From NCBI RefSeq assembly GCF_964194025.1, contig NC_134470.1, positions 19,406,001 to 19,470,000 on the forward strand: a stretch of 64,000 bases of DNA, written 5' to 3'. Made by a program: the position numbers and the translations under genes. Shown in pieces: positions 51,501-63,151 of the stretch (position 1 is its first letter; every line of letters starts with the position of its first letter). The notes beneath the pieces were generated by a model. The model made no database searches. It was not told where the DNA came from and saw only the letters and a list, made by a program, of their open reading frames with translations. Source of the stretch: Convolutriloba macropyga (taxonomy: Eukaryota).

Positions 51501-53260
51501 TTTGGAGTAAAATTTTTGAGAGGGCAATGTATGTAAGAATGTATGACTATCTTGAGCAGTTTTCTTTACTGTACCCCAAGCAATATGGTTTTGGATCGAA
51601 GCGTTGTACCATTGATGCATTAGTAGAAATTCTTGAAAATATGAGAGTGAAGAATAAAAATATGATCAGCTTTTTCCTTGATCTACGAAAAGCTTTTGAT
51701 ACTCTAGACCATTCCATCCTGCTTTATAAACTAAAAAGCTATGGATTTTGAGGAGAGCAATGCTTGAAAGGGTTACAGTCTTACATTTCGAATCGGATCC
51801 AAAGGGTAGAAGTTAATAATATATCCTCTTCTTGGCAAAGTATAAATTGCACTGTTCCACAAGGATCTATTCTTGGACCTCTATTGTTTCTGATATAGAT
51901 AGATGACTTGCCATTTTCCTGTAAATCCCTACAACTTTTACTATTTGCTGATGACACCAACCTAACTGCAATAAACAACGACGTGAAAGGCATAAAAGAG
52001 GACCTCTGTAACCTCAATGTTTGGCTCAATGCCAATAAGCTGGCAATTAACTTAACAAAACCTGTACAAATGAATTTAAAACCCAGTGCTTCCAACTATG
52101 CTTTCAGCTTAAATTAAACTGTGATAAATTGTAAGCCTGTGTGTAAATATTTAGGTATTTATATTGATAATTAACTTTCGTTCAAGTCACATTATTCGTT
52201 CAAGTGATTATGTTACAAAGAGACTCGGTAAGCAGTGTGGTATCATTTCGAAACTGAGGCACTACGTTCCCCGGTTTCAGTTAATAAACTATTATCGTAG
52301 CAATGTTGCACACATTATACAATATGGTATACTTGTATATGGTTGTTGTAGCTACAATCGCCTAAATCCTATTTTCTATTTTGTCTATTTTCGTAACAGA
52401 CGGGATCATTGCAATGATATCTTCTTTTCAAATGAAATTTTAACAGTATATGAGTTACATTTATATGAATTGCTTAAATTCGTATTATGATCAGTTGCTG
52501 GATTGCTTCAGCAAATATTTCCTAGCAAAATATTCAAAATGAAAGAAATCAAAAGATGCACCAGGTCTTCATCAAATCAGGTTTTATCTGAACCCATTGC
52601 TAGGACCAAAATAGAGAGGTTTTCTCTAAAAAACAGGTCCTCGAAACTCTTCAATCTCCTGCAAACCAACAATGTGTTGCCAGAAAATAATAGTAAGTGT
52701 AATGCAAAAGAAATTATAAAAACTTATCATGATATCAAAAAAGCTACCTTTTACAAAACCAGGATTTGGTGAAACATATTTTTGATTTTTAGGAACCTCT
52801 AAACCCGCTTGGCTGCATGTTACAGGACATCCAATTTTAGGCCCTGATTCTGGGTGAAAAGGCCCCTCTAGCTCTTCTAGAATGCGAGATAATGCATTTT
52901 TTGTTATTTTTGCAAAAATTAAAAAATTTCTAAAATACTTAAAAATTTTAGTAATTAAAAAAAATTTCTCCCTCGCTCTTCATACTTTAGAATGGATAAG
53001 TAATCAATGCCTCTTGAGTCTATGGTATCAAAAAGCTTACCTGGAAAAATAGACATTTTATTTGCAGACTTTTGAAAATTTAAATATTTTCAATTTTTGA
53101 GTTTTTTTTGTGTTTTCGTTTTTAATATTTCGTGAATAGCCACGGGTAGGACAAGGCGGATCGAATGATCCCGTTACCTATCCTTTCCGAGTCTCTTTAA
53201 CTTGTGCTGTGTTAATTTTACGTATTTACTGAGATTCTGATAAATAAATTCTTTCTTTCT
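48590..53260 (+). mobile_element. Near full-length decayed CR1/L2-group LINE: ORF1 (coiled coil + RRM), ORF2 (APE endonuclease + RT); boundaries approximate
   Basis: ORF1 from 49028: ESYNRRENFRIIGLPE, ISIAHRLP, PRHVIVRF, IFEDMT. APE: LCLTETWL, CGDFNIN, PTRVT, CIDHF. RT: NYRPISLL, QYGF, FLDLRKAFDT, VPQGSILGPLLF, LFADDT. Multiple stops and frameshifts; AATAAA + (TCTT)n at ~53243-53265. Confidence 0.92.
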
Positions 53261-54106
53261 TCTTTTTAACTTTTGCAGCAGTTATGTTAAAAAATTTTGA
53301 TGGTTTCTGTTCGTATTTTTAATTATCATGTTGTAGACAAGAGAACTGCAAGCAAAGCAAAGGAAAGTACCAATAGTATCGATAGCAAATGTTTGGCTAT
53401 CCTTTAAATCCCTTGAAATTTCTCGTTTATTCCACGTTTAGATCTAAATCGTAGCCTCATTGTAGCATACAACAGGGAACAATAAAATCACTTTCAGAGC
53501 CATACCTCAAATGTTTTATCTAAAGATGCATATTCTTCGACACGATCTATGCAAAAAAAATTACGAAAGATCTTAGGGACAAAGCATTTCAGCATAACAC
53601 TTTTGAGAGAACCAAAACTGGGTCTAATTCAGTGTTGATCACATGCATGTTTATAAGTCTCTGGCTGTTGAAGACTTCAATCAGTACGTTCCTTAATGTG
53701 AATTGTTCAGATAACTGTTCGTTGAAGTTTAGAAATCTACAGAACCTTACATAGTTTAACAAACCTGACGAAATCAAAAGATTTCAAAATTTTGAAAAAG
53801 TTGAAAACGGCGCTTGTATGTATGCCGACCTTTCTAATATAAATGTAAAATTTGGTTCACGCATAAGAGCTCAGCTATTTAGTTCAGGTCGAAGATGCCA
53901 AAAAGGCAGAATAGCAAAACTAAGCAAAATTTCAAATAATGCCGGTGACACTTGATTGCTAGCAAGCTGCCAAAAGTTGCTCGAAATAGTGACTCAACTT
54001 TGAGAGACAGTTCATCAACATTAAGGTACTCGACCAAAAAATTGATACTCCGGCCGAGTTTATCAATTAAGAGATGCAAAATCTAATCTATTTATTCTGA
54101 TTCCAA

Positions 54107-55960
54107 TTACATAGCACCGAGACGAATGGTTTTAGCGGAAGCCAACAAGAATGTGGCCATATCTATTTCACTTTCTCGATACGATATCAAAAGACGACTC
54201 AATTTCTGCTGCGCTTCTACGAGATGACCTTTTGGGGTCCGAGGTAGCAAAGTTCTCTGTTCATATTCCGCTACTTTAGCAGACATAAATTTTTGTTCGT
54301 TTCTGATATACTTTATGCCTCTGTAAAACGACGGCCGATTGTGTCCGATTAAGTGTTTGATAGAAGCGTAAGAACCTTCTAGAATATTGTCTGTTCTCGT
54401 ATTTGCCGATATTAGGAGATCGCTAACATTCCAAATTTCTGGTGGAAACAATGCCGGTATTTGGTGAAGCTCTATCGTCTCAGAAGCTGCACCGATTCCT
54501 GTAGTTAATTGACTGGATAAATCTTTGTTATTGTTGTTGTTAACTCGTGCTGCCTTGACAGCTCCTGCAATGAACGTGGACTCAAACCAGTCAAGTAGAA
54601 GATCAACCTTGAGGTCATTCGGTGGTGCAATTTGCTTCAAATGTATCATACCTTGTCTTACTTCAGAAATAGGGAGAAAAGCTAAGCAAACAAGCTGGGC
54701 ACAAAATAATTTAAAATCTTCCGAAAATTGACAACATTGGATAAGATTTAAATCAACTATTTTCTTCCACGTAATTCGATTTAAGTGAAAAAACTTTCCC
54801 TGGATTCTGGTATTAGAGCCAAAAACTCGCTTTAAAGCGTTTACTGCTGGTTTCTCATAATCACAAAAGACAACCCCATGCATGAACGACTGCATTGTAA
54901 CACCCAAATCTCTAGCTTTACTTTTCAAAGCTTGAAAAATTTCGATGTATGAAATCTCATTTCGCGATCCCATGAAGGCGTAACCGAGAGTAACTACCAC
55001 ATTGGGCTCGGGCAGCGCCGCTTGAATTAGCAACAGTTGGGCGAATATAAAAGGTGGCACAGGAAGCGCTGATTCCAGAAAAACTTTGGAGGTATTGCAC
55101 AGCAGATTAAGATGATCATCGGTGATAAATAGAATAACACGACGTTCAGGATTGAACTCGTGATTATCGTATAATAGAAACCGTTCCGGAAAAGGTGAAT
55201 CGGTATTCGCCCATATACCTTCGATAACAATATCACTAACATAGCGCGGCTCCGGGGGCATTTCTCGCCGCAATGGGCCGTTGACAGCATTAGGCTTCTT
55301 TTTCCGCCTCACTCGAACCTCTCCGCCGAATAAACCTGAAAGTGAGCTTAATTTCACTTCATTCGACTCAGGTATAGCTTTCGAAGAAGCTTGAGATGTT
55401 TGCGCATTAATTCGATCTCGCCGATCAGTTTTTCGTTTTCTTCCTCGAGTTCGGCCACTTCCTCTCGAAACTTTGCTTGTTGATGTAGGCCTAATACTTG
55501 AGGGTTCAAATGGAGGATCATTTGGATCAATTTCAGCTTGGTTGTCATTGTAATCAAAATCAGCCTCAAATGCGTCCATTGAATACAGCAATTCGTTGGT
55601 CTGGTCATCAAAGTTTTCGTCAAGATATCCAGAATTAACGTTGACAGTTTCATTTATCATGCCCTCGGCAATAGTCGGATTGCTGTTTTGGTCGTTTAAC
55701 CGCTTTAAATTTGAGTACTCTTCAGTCAATTGGATAATTGCCGATGTTTCAACCGCATTCGGTGGGTGGTTGTGAGTGTTTATGTTCACAGCATTTGTCA
55801 ATTGTACAGAAGTGCGTAAACGAGCAGGGCAGTTGCTCTCTATTCTGTTTTTGCATCTCCATATGATAGCCTGTCCTGTCGTAGAATGCTGAGTATACAA
55901 AAACCCATTCAAACTGACGAGTTTTTCGCCTTGATGATCAGATAGCAAAATAACTTCCAT
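54107..55960 (-). CDS. FLYWCH zinc finger + MULE (Mutator) transposase-derived protein, 617 aa, single coding exon
   Basis: LNGFLY...WRC...CPARL...HNHPP (FLYWCH); MULE core FLLYD...RVILF, FCDYEK.AVNA, QGKFFH, LAFLP, WFESTFI, LFPPEIWNV, RTDNILEG. First ATG at 55960 (ORF track starts at GTG 55999). Confidence 0.88.
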   Translation of the reverse strand: MEVILLSDHQGEKLVSLNGFLYTQHSTTGQAIIWRCKNRIESNCPARLRTSVQLTNAVNINTHNHPPNAVETSAIIQLTEEYSNLKRLNDQNSNPTIAEGMINETVNVNSGYLDENFDDQTNELLYSMDAFEADFDYNDNQAEIDPNDPPFEPSSIRPTSTSKVSRGSGRTRGRKRKTDRRDRINAQTSQASSKAIPESNEVKLSSLSGLFGGEVRVRRKKKPNAVNGPLRREMPPEPRYVSDIVIEGIWANTDSPFPERFLLYDNHEFNPERRVILFITDDHLNLLCNTSKVFLESALPVPPFIFAQLLLIQAALPEPNVVVTLGYAFMGSRNEISYIEIFQALKSKARDLGVTMQSFMHGVVFCDYEKPAVNALKRVFGSNTRIQGKFFHLNRITWKKIVDLNLIQCCQFSEDFKLFCAQLVCLAFLPISEVRQGMIHLKQIAPPNDLKVDLLLDWFESTFIAGAVKAARVNNNNNKDLSSQLTTGIGAASETIELHQIPALFPPEIWNVSDLLISANTRTDNILEGSYASIKHLIGHNRPSFYRGIKYIRNEQKFMSAKVAEYEQRTLLPRTPKGHLVEAQQKLSRLLISYRESEIDMATFLLASAKTIRLGAM

Positions 55961-56389
55961 AAATTTACCTGAAAAAGCACTTAAACAAAATCCGTCCACG
56001 AGCTTCTTAGTCAGTTTGCGTTAGTGATGCCGTTGTAGCTACTTAACAGACTGCGTTCAGTGGGTAATTCAAGCGGGACTTCCGTTTGTCGTTACAAACC
56101 CATTGCCTAGTTACATTTTAATACAAGCAGTATAAATGATAACGGATGAATAGTATAAAGAAAGTGATTTTCTCTTTCTTTGTGGAGGCCCTCACAGTAC
56201 TACATCATAAATCATTTCGTATTTTTCAAACCAATAACTGAAATGAAAAAATTACACACAAACATCAGCTTAGAAAAACGTAAAACAAGAGCGAGACAAC
56301 TCTTCAAAACAAACAACTATTTTCGAAAGTAGATGCATCAAACTAACAGCCACCCTATTCATCAACAACAGCTCCATTGAAGCATTATC

Positions 56390-57100
56390 AATTTGGCGCC
56401 TCGAATGCAGAAGATGGCGCTCCTTAGCAGAGCCAAGCTAATTTTGTCCTAAGATATGACGATGTCCTCTTTTCGCGCAGCGATTCGATGCCAGCTGTTT
56501 AAGCGCAATTGAAGCTGATGGGCTAGCTGCATCAGTGCATGCGAAGACAAATGGACGAAACATTGCCTTCAACACAAATTATTCTTTCTTTTTTCCAAAT
56601 ATATTCGTGATTGTAGGCTTCTCTAATGATTTCGGGGCAATTTTTCGCTAGCGGGTTGAAAATTTTTAAATCAGAGGATGTTTTATGCATGGATTCACAA
56701 AGTCCGTTGACCTCCAACTCTTATCTTGCATCATCATCATCAGTTGTCTGATTAACCAGCGTAAAAAAGTTTCCCCTTGCAACGGCTGAAGCTGTTTGAT
56801 CAACATCATGACATACATCACTTAACAGATTCTATAAGCATTCTCGAAGATCACTGTCTCATGTGCATGTGTCCTCCTTTTGGACAATGGAAGGCATGTG
56901 CTGCATGGAACTTTACATTGCATGCGCTTAATATTGGCATATTTAATGGGAACCAATCATAGCGAAGGGCAGCGCCATCAATAAGTTTGCCTTTTTCAGT
57001 TCAAAATGAAATGTCTTCAATGTTATATCTTTCAGCCAGCTTGACGTTTTTTTCCAATAGCTAGATCTATTGGGCGAAACTCGCTCTTATTCAATTCGCT
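56390..57100 (-). mobile_element. Decayed CRE-like non-LTR retrotransposon, C-terminal Zn-knuckle/REL endonuclease region
   Basis: Frameshifted minus-strand motifs ALRYDW, HAFHCPKGG, DVCHDV, LQPLQGE, TDDDAR, DLKIFNP, LLRSAIFCIRGAK typical of REL-type (CRE-clade) elements. Confidence 0.75.
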
Positions 57101-57543
57101 GTCATTTGTCGTCTTTTTCGACTTGATATAGAGCTCTCTCACTTACGTGTACGAATTGTTGGTGCTTTAGTTCGTCTTCGGGCAGGCATAGTGGTAAAGA
57201 AATTGAAAGTTGACCTGATTGCTTGATTTCATTATAAAAAGTCTGATTTACGGATTTTTTGGCAATTCTACTTTATCGGCAACGAAAACATAATCCTGTA
57301 CTTTTTGTTGTCGGCGGGATTTGTTACTGGACTCGACAGGAGCACATCGTTATTTGATTTCGTACGTTCTTTTGACAGTTTTTCAATATTAATAGTTGTA
57401 CGCTTCTTCCAGTCGACAAACAATTGCCAACATCTTTGTATTCATCGGCAGATTGATTTTTGTTTAAATCCACTCATACGTTCGTGGACAAATATTGCTT
57501 CAAGAAACAAGGAGTCTATGTCCCAATTTCATCGTCTTGCAAT

Positions 57544-58750
57544 GTAGTACAAGTAGTAGTATAGGCTGTAGGAGAATCCACGGGTGGGGACTTTTTGAAT
57601 AATGTCAAGCAGAATTCTAGTTTGCTAGAGCTCCGTTTGTTGTGTTAATTGGTCCTTAGGTGACTTTTGTTTTCTGCTAAAAAATTTCAAAGTTTGGAAT
57701 GCCGAGAGAAAGAGAAAGTCATGTAGCTCAATGTATATCAACAAAGAGAGGATTTTTCGAGCCATTAGTCTAATTTTGCAATCAGATCTTGTCCTGCAAA
57801 GCCATGCAGTGGAACTGTGTTGTGTTTTCTCGATGTTTCTAACAATAGTTTTGAAAAGATACCAGAACTGGGATAAGTAGGTGATTAAAGGGACTATATA
57901 ACCAATGTTAGCGTTTAATTTTGAATGTTGCCAGTAATGGAGAAGTTTTTTGAAAAGATTTCTATGAACTTGCCACTTGTTTTGCACAGTTTTCAGTCCA
58001 TCGCAGGTTGTAACTAATTCCAATGCAAGATCTTTTCAACTAAAGGAGAATTCTATTCACTTGTTGTTTTTCCAGTTCTTCCTCGTCTTAGAGTTTGGAG
58101 CAAAAGAGTTTTTGAATTTGCTTTGTTTAATTCAATGTCATTTTGCAGCACAGTTCACCAATATTTTGAAGCCATTCAATTGCTTGTACACAGTTTTTAG
58201 TCAGCATATCCGGAGTCGTCTTTGTATCCGAAAAATTTTCCGATTTTATCTTGACTGGCAGATCATTGATGAACACTATGAACAAGAGCGGCCCAATTAT
58301 AGACACTCGTTGCACACTCGAACTAACCGCTGATGCGTTTGACTTCAATTTTCCTACTCTAACCCTTTGTCCAGCATATGTTACTAAAATTTTGTTATAT
58401 GAGGCGTCATCATCGGTTACCAGATCTTGCAATAATGAGACAAGGCATCACCATTGAGCAGTTCATTTCCGCCTTTTTGTTACAAGATTTCTTTCAAAGT
58501 AGCTGTGAACTTAAAGACTGTCTTGTTTCTTGACAGCGTAAAGAAGATTGCTTTCCAATTGAAAACTTGTTCTAAGACATTCTTCATGAGCTCTTTTTGC
58601 ACACCTAAATGTTAAGCCAGTGGCGGTTGTTTTCGGGGCAGGCTTCCCTAGAAGCATATGATATGCGGCTCACGCCTGCCAATGGCTTAGAGCTAATGCC
58701 TGTAAAGAGTTTCGTATTGCTTTTGTTTCGCTGCTAACGCAGCGAAAGTT
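57544..58750 (-). mobile_element. Heavily decayed CR1/L2-group LINE 3' fragment
   Basis: QRVRVG...VSSSVQRVSIIGPLLFIVFINDLP (RT); later YIVPLITYLSQFWY, LSLLIYIELHD; (TAC)n-like tail at 57544-57562. Confidence 0.7.
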
Positions 58751-59931
58751 CTCGCCTAGCTCTGGGTTCATTATACATAGAGTGTACCTAAGTAAGACCA
58801 ACTACTCCACTTCTAAGATTCTTTGAATACTTTGAGCAGTGTGACTGCTCGGACTTTAGTGGGTAGGATATGAGTAAGCGCGGCCGTTAATAGGCTTAAA
58901 ACATATGATTAATTAACGAGTGAAGAATATAAATATGCAGCTTAAATAACAAGCAAGCATCGTTACAACAGAAAGAAACATATACCAATGAGAAGTTATT
59001 AAATAGGATATTGAAGTACGGGAAACATATTTGAATAGTTAGACGAATGAAACTAATAGTTTTTTTTATAGAGCAAAGTTTTATCATCAATATGATGATT
59101 CAAGCGATTTGTAAATCAATTTTTTGTAGAGCCAATAATTTTTGGGACAAAGATGTTACGCGAATGAAAATTGTGAAAAATTCTGCTTATTAAGTTTCTG
59201 CAATTATTTGAAAAGTTATTTGCATTTGAGTCCTGATCATTCAAACCAGTGATTACTGTCAATGGCAATAACATGATCTGGATATATTAAATTTTAATTA
59301 GCAGACATTGTTTACGAAGTTTATCACAATACTTAAGCTAATAATAAGGTCAAAGACGAGAATTTTCTGCATCCAGGACGTTGGCTGACATGCATTCCCC
59401 GCGTTAGAGTTCATAGATGACCAAAGTCAAAACTGTTCCAAAACTACGAAAACAACATTGTTAGAAAGGCAAATCTAACTGACCAGTAATTGATTTTCAT
59501 GATTGACCATTAAAATAATTGATTGATCCTCTCTTTGTCTAGCCAATTATTTTCAATTATTTTATCAAATCCCTGTGAACGAGGCTGGTAGAGGGCAGCA
59601 CCCAGTTCTTAGTTGTGCATTCGGATACTTGTGTTCTGCCTGGCAGTGTTTATTCCGTTCTTGATGTTCCAAAGGCGATCCTTGCAGTGAATACTGGAAA
59701 AAAAAACATTTCCAACAACTTCCAAATACGACCAATATAATTATCAATTAGATTAGTTAGTGTAGAGTTTCCAAAGCCGAAATATCCTCGCGCGTAATCG
59801 TTTTTGATTTTTTTTGGCTTGCAGAGTTTTATCATCTGTTTGAACATTTGTGTATTATGAGGACTGCACTGTTATTCGGCTACCATTCTCAGGCATCAAA
59901 TCAACAAATTGAAGTAGTAGTAAAAGACTTG

Positions 59932-61378
59932 GGATCTTTTCCGTTTGAGCCCCCCAGCTTAGTGGGCGCATATTATTTGCAACCCCCAGACGCACGTGCA
60001 ATATTTTTACATAGTGATTTACTATGTAATTGTTGTTGTTGTTGTTGTTGGGGATTTACAGTTTTCACTGAGGGGATTTTCGTCCCAGTCGTCGTCTTAG
60101 AAAATTGTCCTATTATTTCTGCAGATCTGACAGTCACAGCATAGATGCCAGCTACAGATGTTATTTTCGTCGAATCGCTCGTTTACAAACTTCCACATGA
60201 AATTTAAAACTCGATTTTTAAGGCCTTTTTTCGTATTAAATTCAATGTATTTTTCTATTCGATTTGCTAGTCTGCATGTACGGAAAAAGAAATCACTTCT
60301 AGCCTTTCAGTTCTGGTTTTCGGGAGCTTGAATAATTCATTTGTTCTCCCTTTTTCTGAATTTTGTTTCAGCATTGGTAAAAAGCTATCTTCTGTCAATT
60401 TCGATAAAAGTAGAATGTCATTTAGTTGCATGAACATTGGTAGTGGTAGTATGTTAAGAAGTCTCAGTTGATTTGGATGCGGCATGACTTTTTGTCCAAG
60501 GATCCATTTGACTACTTTCTTTTGAAATCTTTCAAGCTGTTGTAGCTCACCTCGGTTCGGATTTATACATGCAGAGCCATATAAGAGTACTGGCAAAATT
60601 AGTGACTTGTAGAGTCCGAGCTTGATCTCTTGTCTTAGTTGAAGAGCTATGTTTCGTCGAAGTAGGTAGCGTACTTTGTTCGCTTTTTTCAGTCGTTCTT
60701 CGATGTGTGTCTTCCACGTCAGGTCATGGGAAACATAGATGCCGAGATCTTTGATGACTTTGGATGACTCTAGTTTAGTGCCCATAAGCTCGTATTTGTG
60801 TTTGACCTCTTATGCTCAGCTTTGCACATTTGTCCATGGCTAATTTCTTTTTGTTTTCGTTTACCCACTGTTCAATACCATTGAGATCGTTTTGAACTTG
60901 CCAAAACGTTTTCTTCACTGCAAGAATTTTTAGGTCATCCGCGAAGATAAATGGGTCAGAGAAAACTAACACATCAGGTAGGTCATTGATGAATATGCAA
61001 AACAGGAGTGGTCCGAGAAGAGAACCTTGGGGTACCCCACTTGTTACATCTAAAGTTTCCGATCTTGTGTTGTCTACCCGAACGAATTGTTTCCTATTGT
61101 CTAAGTAGTCAATGATGATTTCTAATAGGCAACCTCCCACTCCAATATTTGCAACTTTTTGTACAAGCTCAAAATGCGGCACTTTTTCGAAAGCTTTGGA
61201 GAAATCTGTGTAGAATGCTACAATTTCGGTGCTTGATTCGTTATCGAGTGCGTCGTGAATTGATTTCAAGAAGGATAGCATATTTGTATTAACTGAGCGT
61301 TTTTTAACAAATCCATGGCACGTGCTCTGTAACTGGGGGGCGCATAACGTATTGGGGGGGCACAAACGGAAAAGATCC
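59932..61378. mobile_element. ~165-bp MITE with 8-bp TSD (AAGACTTG), split by a LINE insertion
   Basis: Left half 59932-60030 and right half 61315-61378 together match the intact copy at 61708-61873; TSD at 59924-59931 and 61379-61386. Confidence 0.92.
60031..61317 (-). mobile_element. 5'-truncated CR1-group LINE (RT + C-terminus), (CAA)n tail
   Basis: HGFVKKRS, YTDFSKAF, GVPQGSLLGPLLF, IFADDLK, KDLGI, C-terminal WHLCCDCQICR; two frameshifts; (TTG)n at 60031-60050. Confidence 0.93.
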
Positions 61379-61707
61379 AAGACTTGAATAGTACACAGCA
61401 GAAAAGATTATTGGCCAATAGGTTTTTGTGATAAACGGAACGTTATGACTAAGATTGCTGCGCTGAGATAACCTCAAGAAATAGCATAGACCAAGTCTCT
61501 AAATGATGTGCTTGGACGACTGAGGATAGCTATTATTGGTAATAAGCAAATCAATTTTTGTTGAAGGGATAAGATATTTCTCATTTAATTCATAATTAAA
61601 ATTTAATTAAAAAAGGCGTATAATACTCCAAGTACACAGAACAGCGATCCACCACTACGAAACTTCGAAGCAGCGTATTGAGATTTAGCGCAATGAACGC
61701 ACTGTTC

Positions 61708-61873
61708 GGATCTTTTCCGTTTGCGCCCCCAGCTTAGTGGGCGCATATTATTTGCACCCCCCCCCCCCCAGACGCACGTGCAATATTTTTACATAATGAT
61801 ATACTATGTAATGGCATGTGCTCTGTAACTGGGGGGCGCATAACGTACTGGGGGGCACAAACGGAAAAGATTC
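61708..61873. mobile_element. Intact 166-bp MITE, 8-bp TSD (CACTGTTC), GG-initiated TIRs
   Basis: ggatcttttccgtttgcgccccc ... gggggcacaaacggaaaagattc; TSD at 61700-61707 and 61874-61881. Confidence 0.92.
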
Positions 61874-62450
61874 CACTGTTCTTTAAAATTGCATCAAAAT
61901 TGTAGGCTCTGGGATCTGCGTCAAAGAGTTGAAGTAACACTGTAAAAAATAGGTGTCTAGCCCGTCCTCTTGCACAACACTAATGGTATTATCAACCCAG
62001 CTATGTTTTTTTTCACAACGGCAGCCCCTGAGACAGATATTCACGCTGCTTAGGAGAGCGAAATTTATCTTTGTTCAAAAGTATGTTATTGCGTCCGATT
62101 CTGTGTCGTGTTCTTTTTTGTTGCTAGTTTCATAGTGCGTGTTGCGGACGGCGGCATAGCAGGAAAGCACGAGTGGAACAAGGTGACAAAAGTTTATGAT
62201 AAATCTTAGACTAATTAAAGATTAAATAGATTATTAAAATGAATACGCGGGGCAGCCATGGTGGCCCCCAGTCTCATTGGTTTCTGGAAAAGCTTATCAC
62301 GAGGATATAGCAATTATCTCTAACGATATCTTTGGGTGGACCTACTGTCAGGACGTCCTACCTCGAAACTGTAGTGAACACCCTTCCGCAACCAGCTTAG
62401 TTCCTCTCAATTTATATTATATCATTTGTATCTTTCATCTCTCTATCCGT

Positions 62451-63031
62451 ATGATCAAAATAGTTCCGGCAAGTTCCTTTTATTATCCTATCAACAAGTT
62501 AAAACCATCAGAACAAGAGAAACTTTCTGACATTGATTACTCTTTCCCTGGCCTTAACCTAGACCCAATCACATCAAACTATTGTTACGATTATCTTACA
62601 TCTGCTCCTTTGAGAAACCGAAACATTATTCTTTGGAACGATCTTATGAATAATACTCTAACCTCTCAACCCAGGAAGAAAAACACCCCTCAAACGGTTG
62701 ACGAATTGATCGAAACCTTGAAGACTATCCCAACCTCTTTTGTGTTGTCACCTGCCAACGCGAAGGAGCGCCTTATATCTTTGACAAACTTGTAAAGGCT
62801 CTAAAGTGTTACGTAATCGACGTGACAAAGCACATCATTAGTGCCTCCGAACAAACCGACGAGTTGGTATTAGCAGAATACCGAGAGCTCCATCAACACC
62901 CAGACGTGGAACTGCGAAGCCTGGCATCAGTACTACACTACAACACTGACATCAAGCGAATCTTCAAGACACGTGGTACGAAGCGACGATCGGCGGGTGA
63001 ACGACGGGAAGCCAAACGAAGAAAACTCTAG
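62451..63031 (+). pseudogene. ~193-aa upstream ORF ('ORF0') with one frameshift near 62733, ahead of LINE ORF1
   Basis: MIKIVPASSFYY...IILWNDLMNNTL...LKTIP/NLFCVVTCQREGAPYIFDKLVKALKCYVIDVTKHII...ELHQHPDVEL...KRRSAGERREAKRRKL*; one added base joins ORFs 62277-62795 and 62822-63031. Confidence 0.55.
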
Positions 63032-63151
63032 ATCAGGTAGGCGTGCTTATTGAGTCTTTGGCTCTGAGCCCCTACTAGTTCTTGTTCATTTAATAAACTG
63101 TTAATCTTCTAAGGCGCGCTTATTGAGTCTCTGGCTCTGAGCCCCTGGAAG

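Noticed and set aside
61734-61940. 68-aa ORF and the N-terminal part of ORF 60775-61380
   Set aside because: Both are read-through of MITE sequence.
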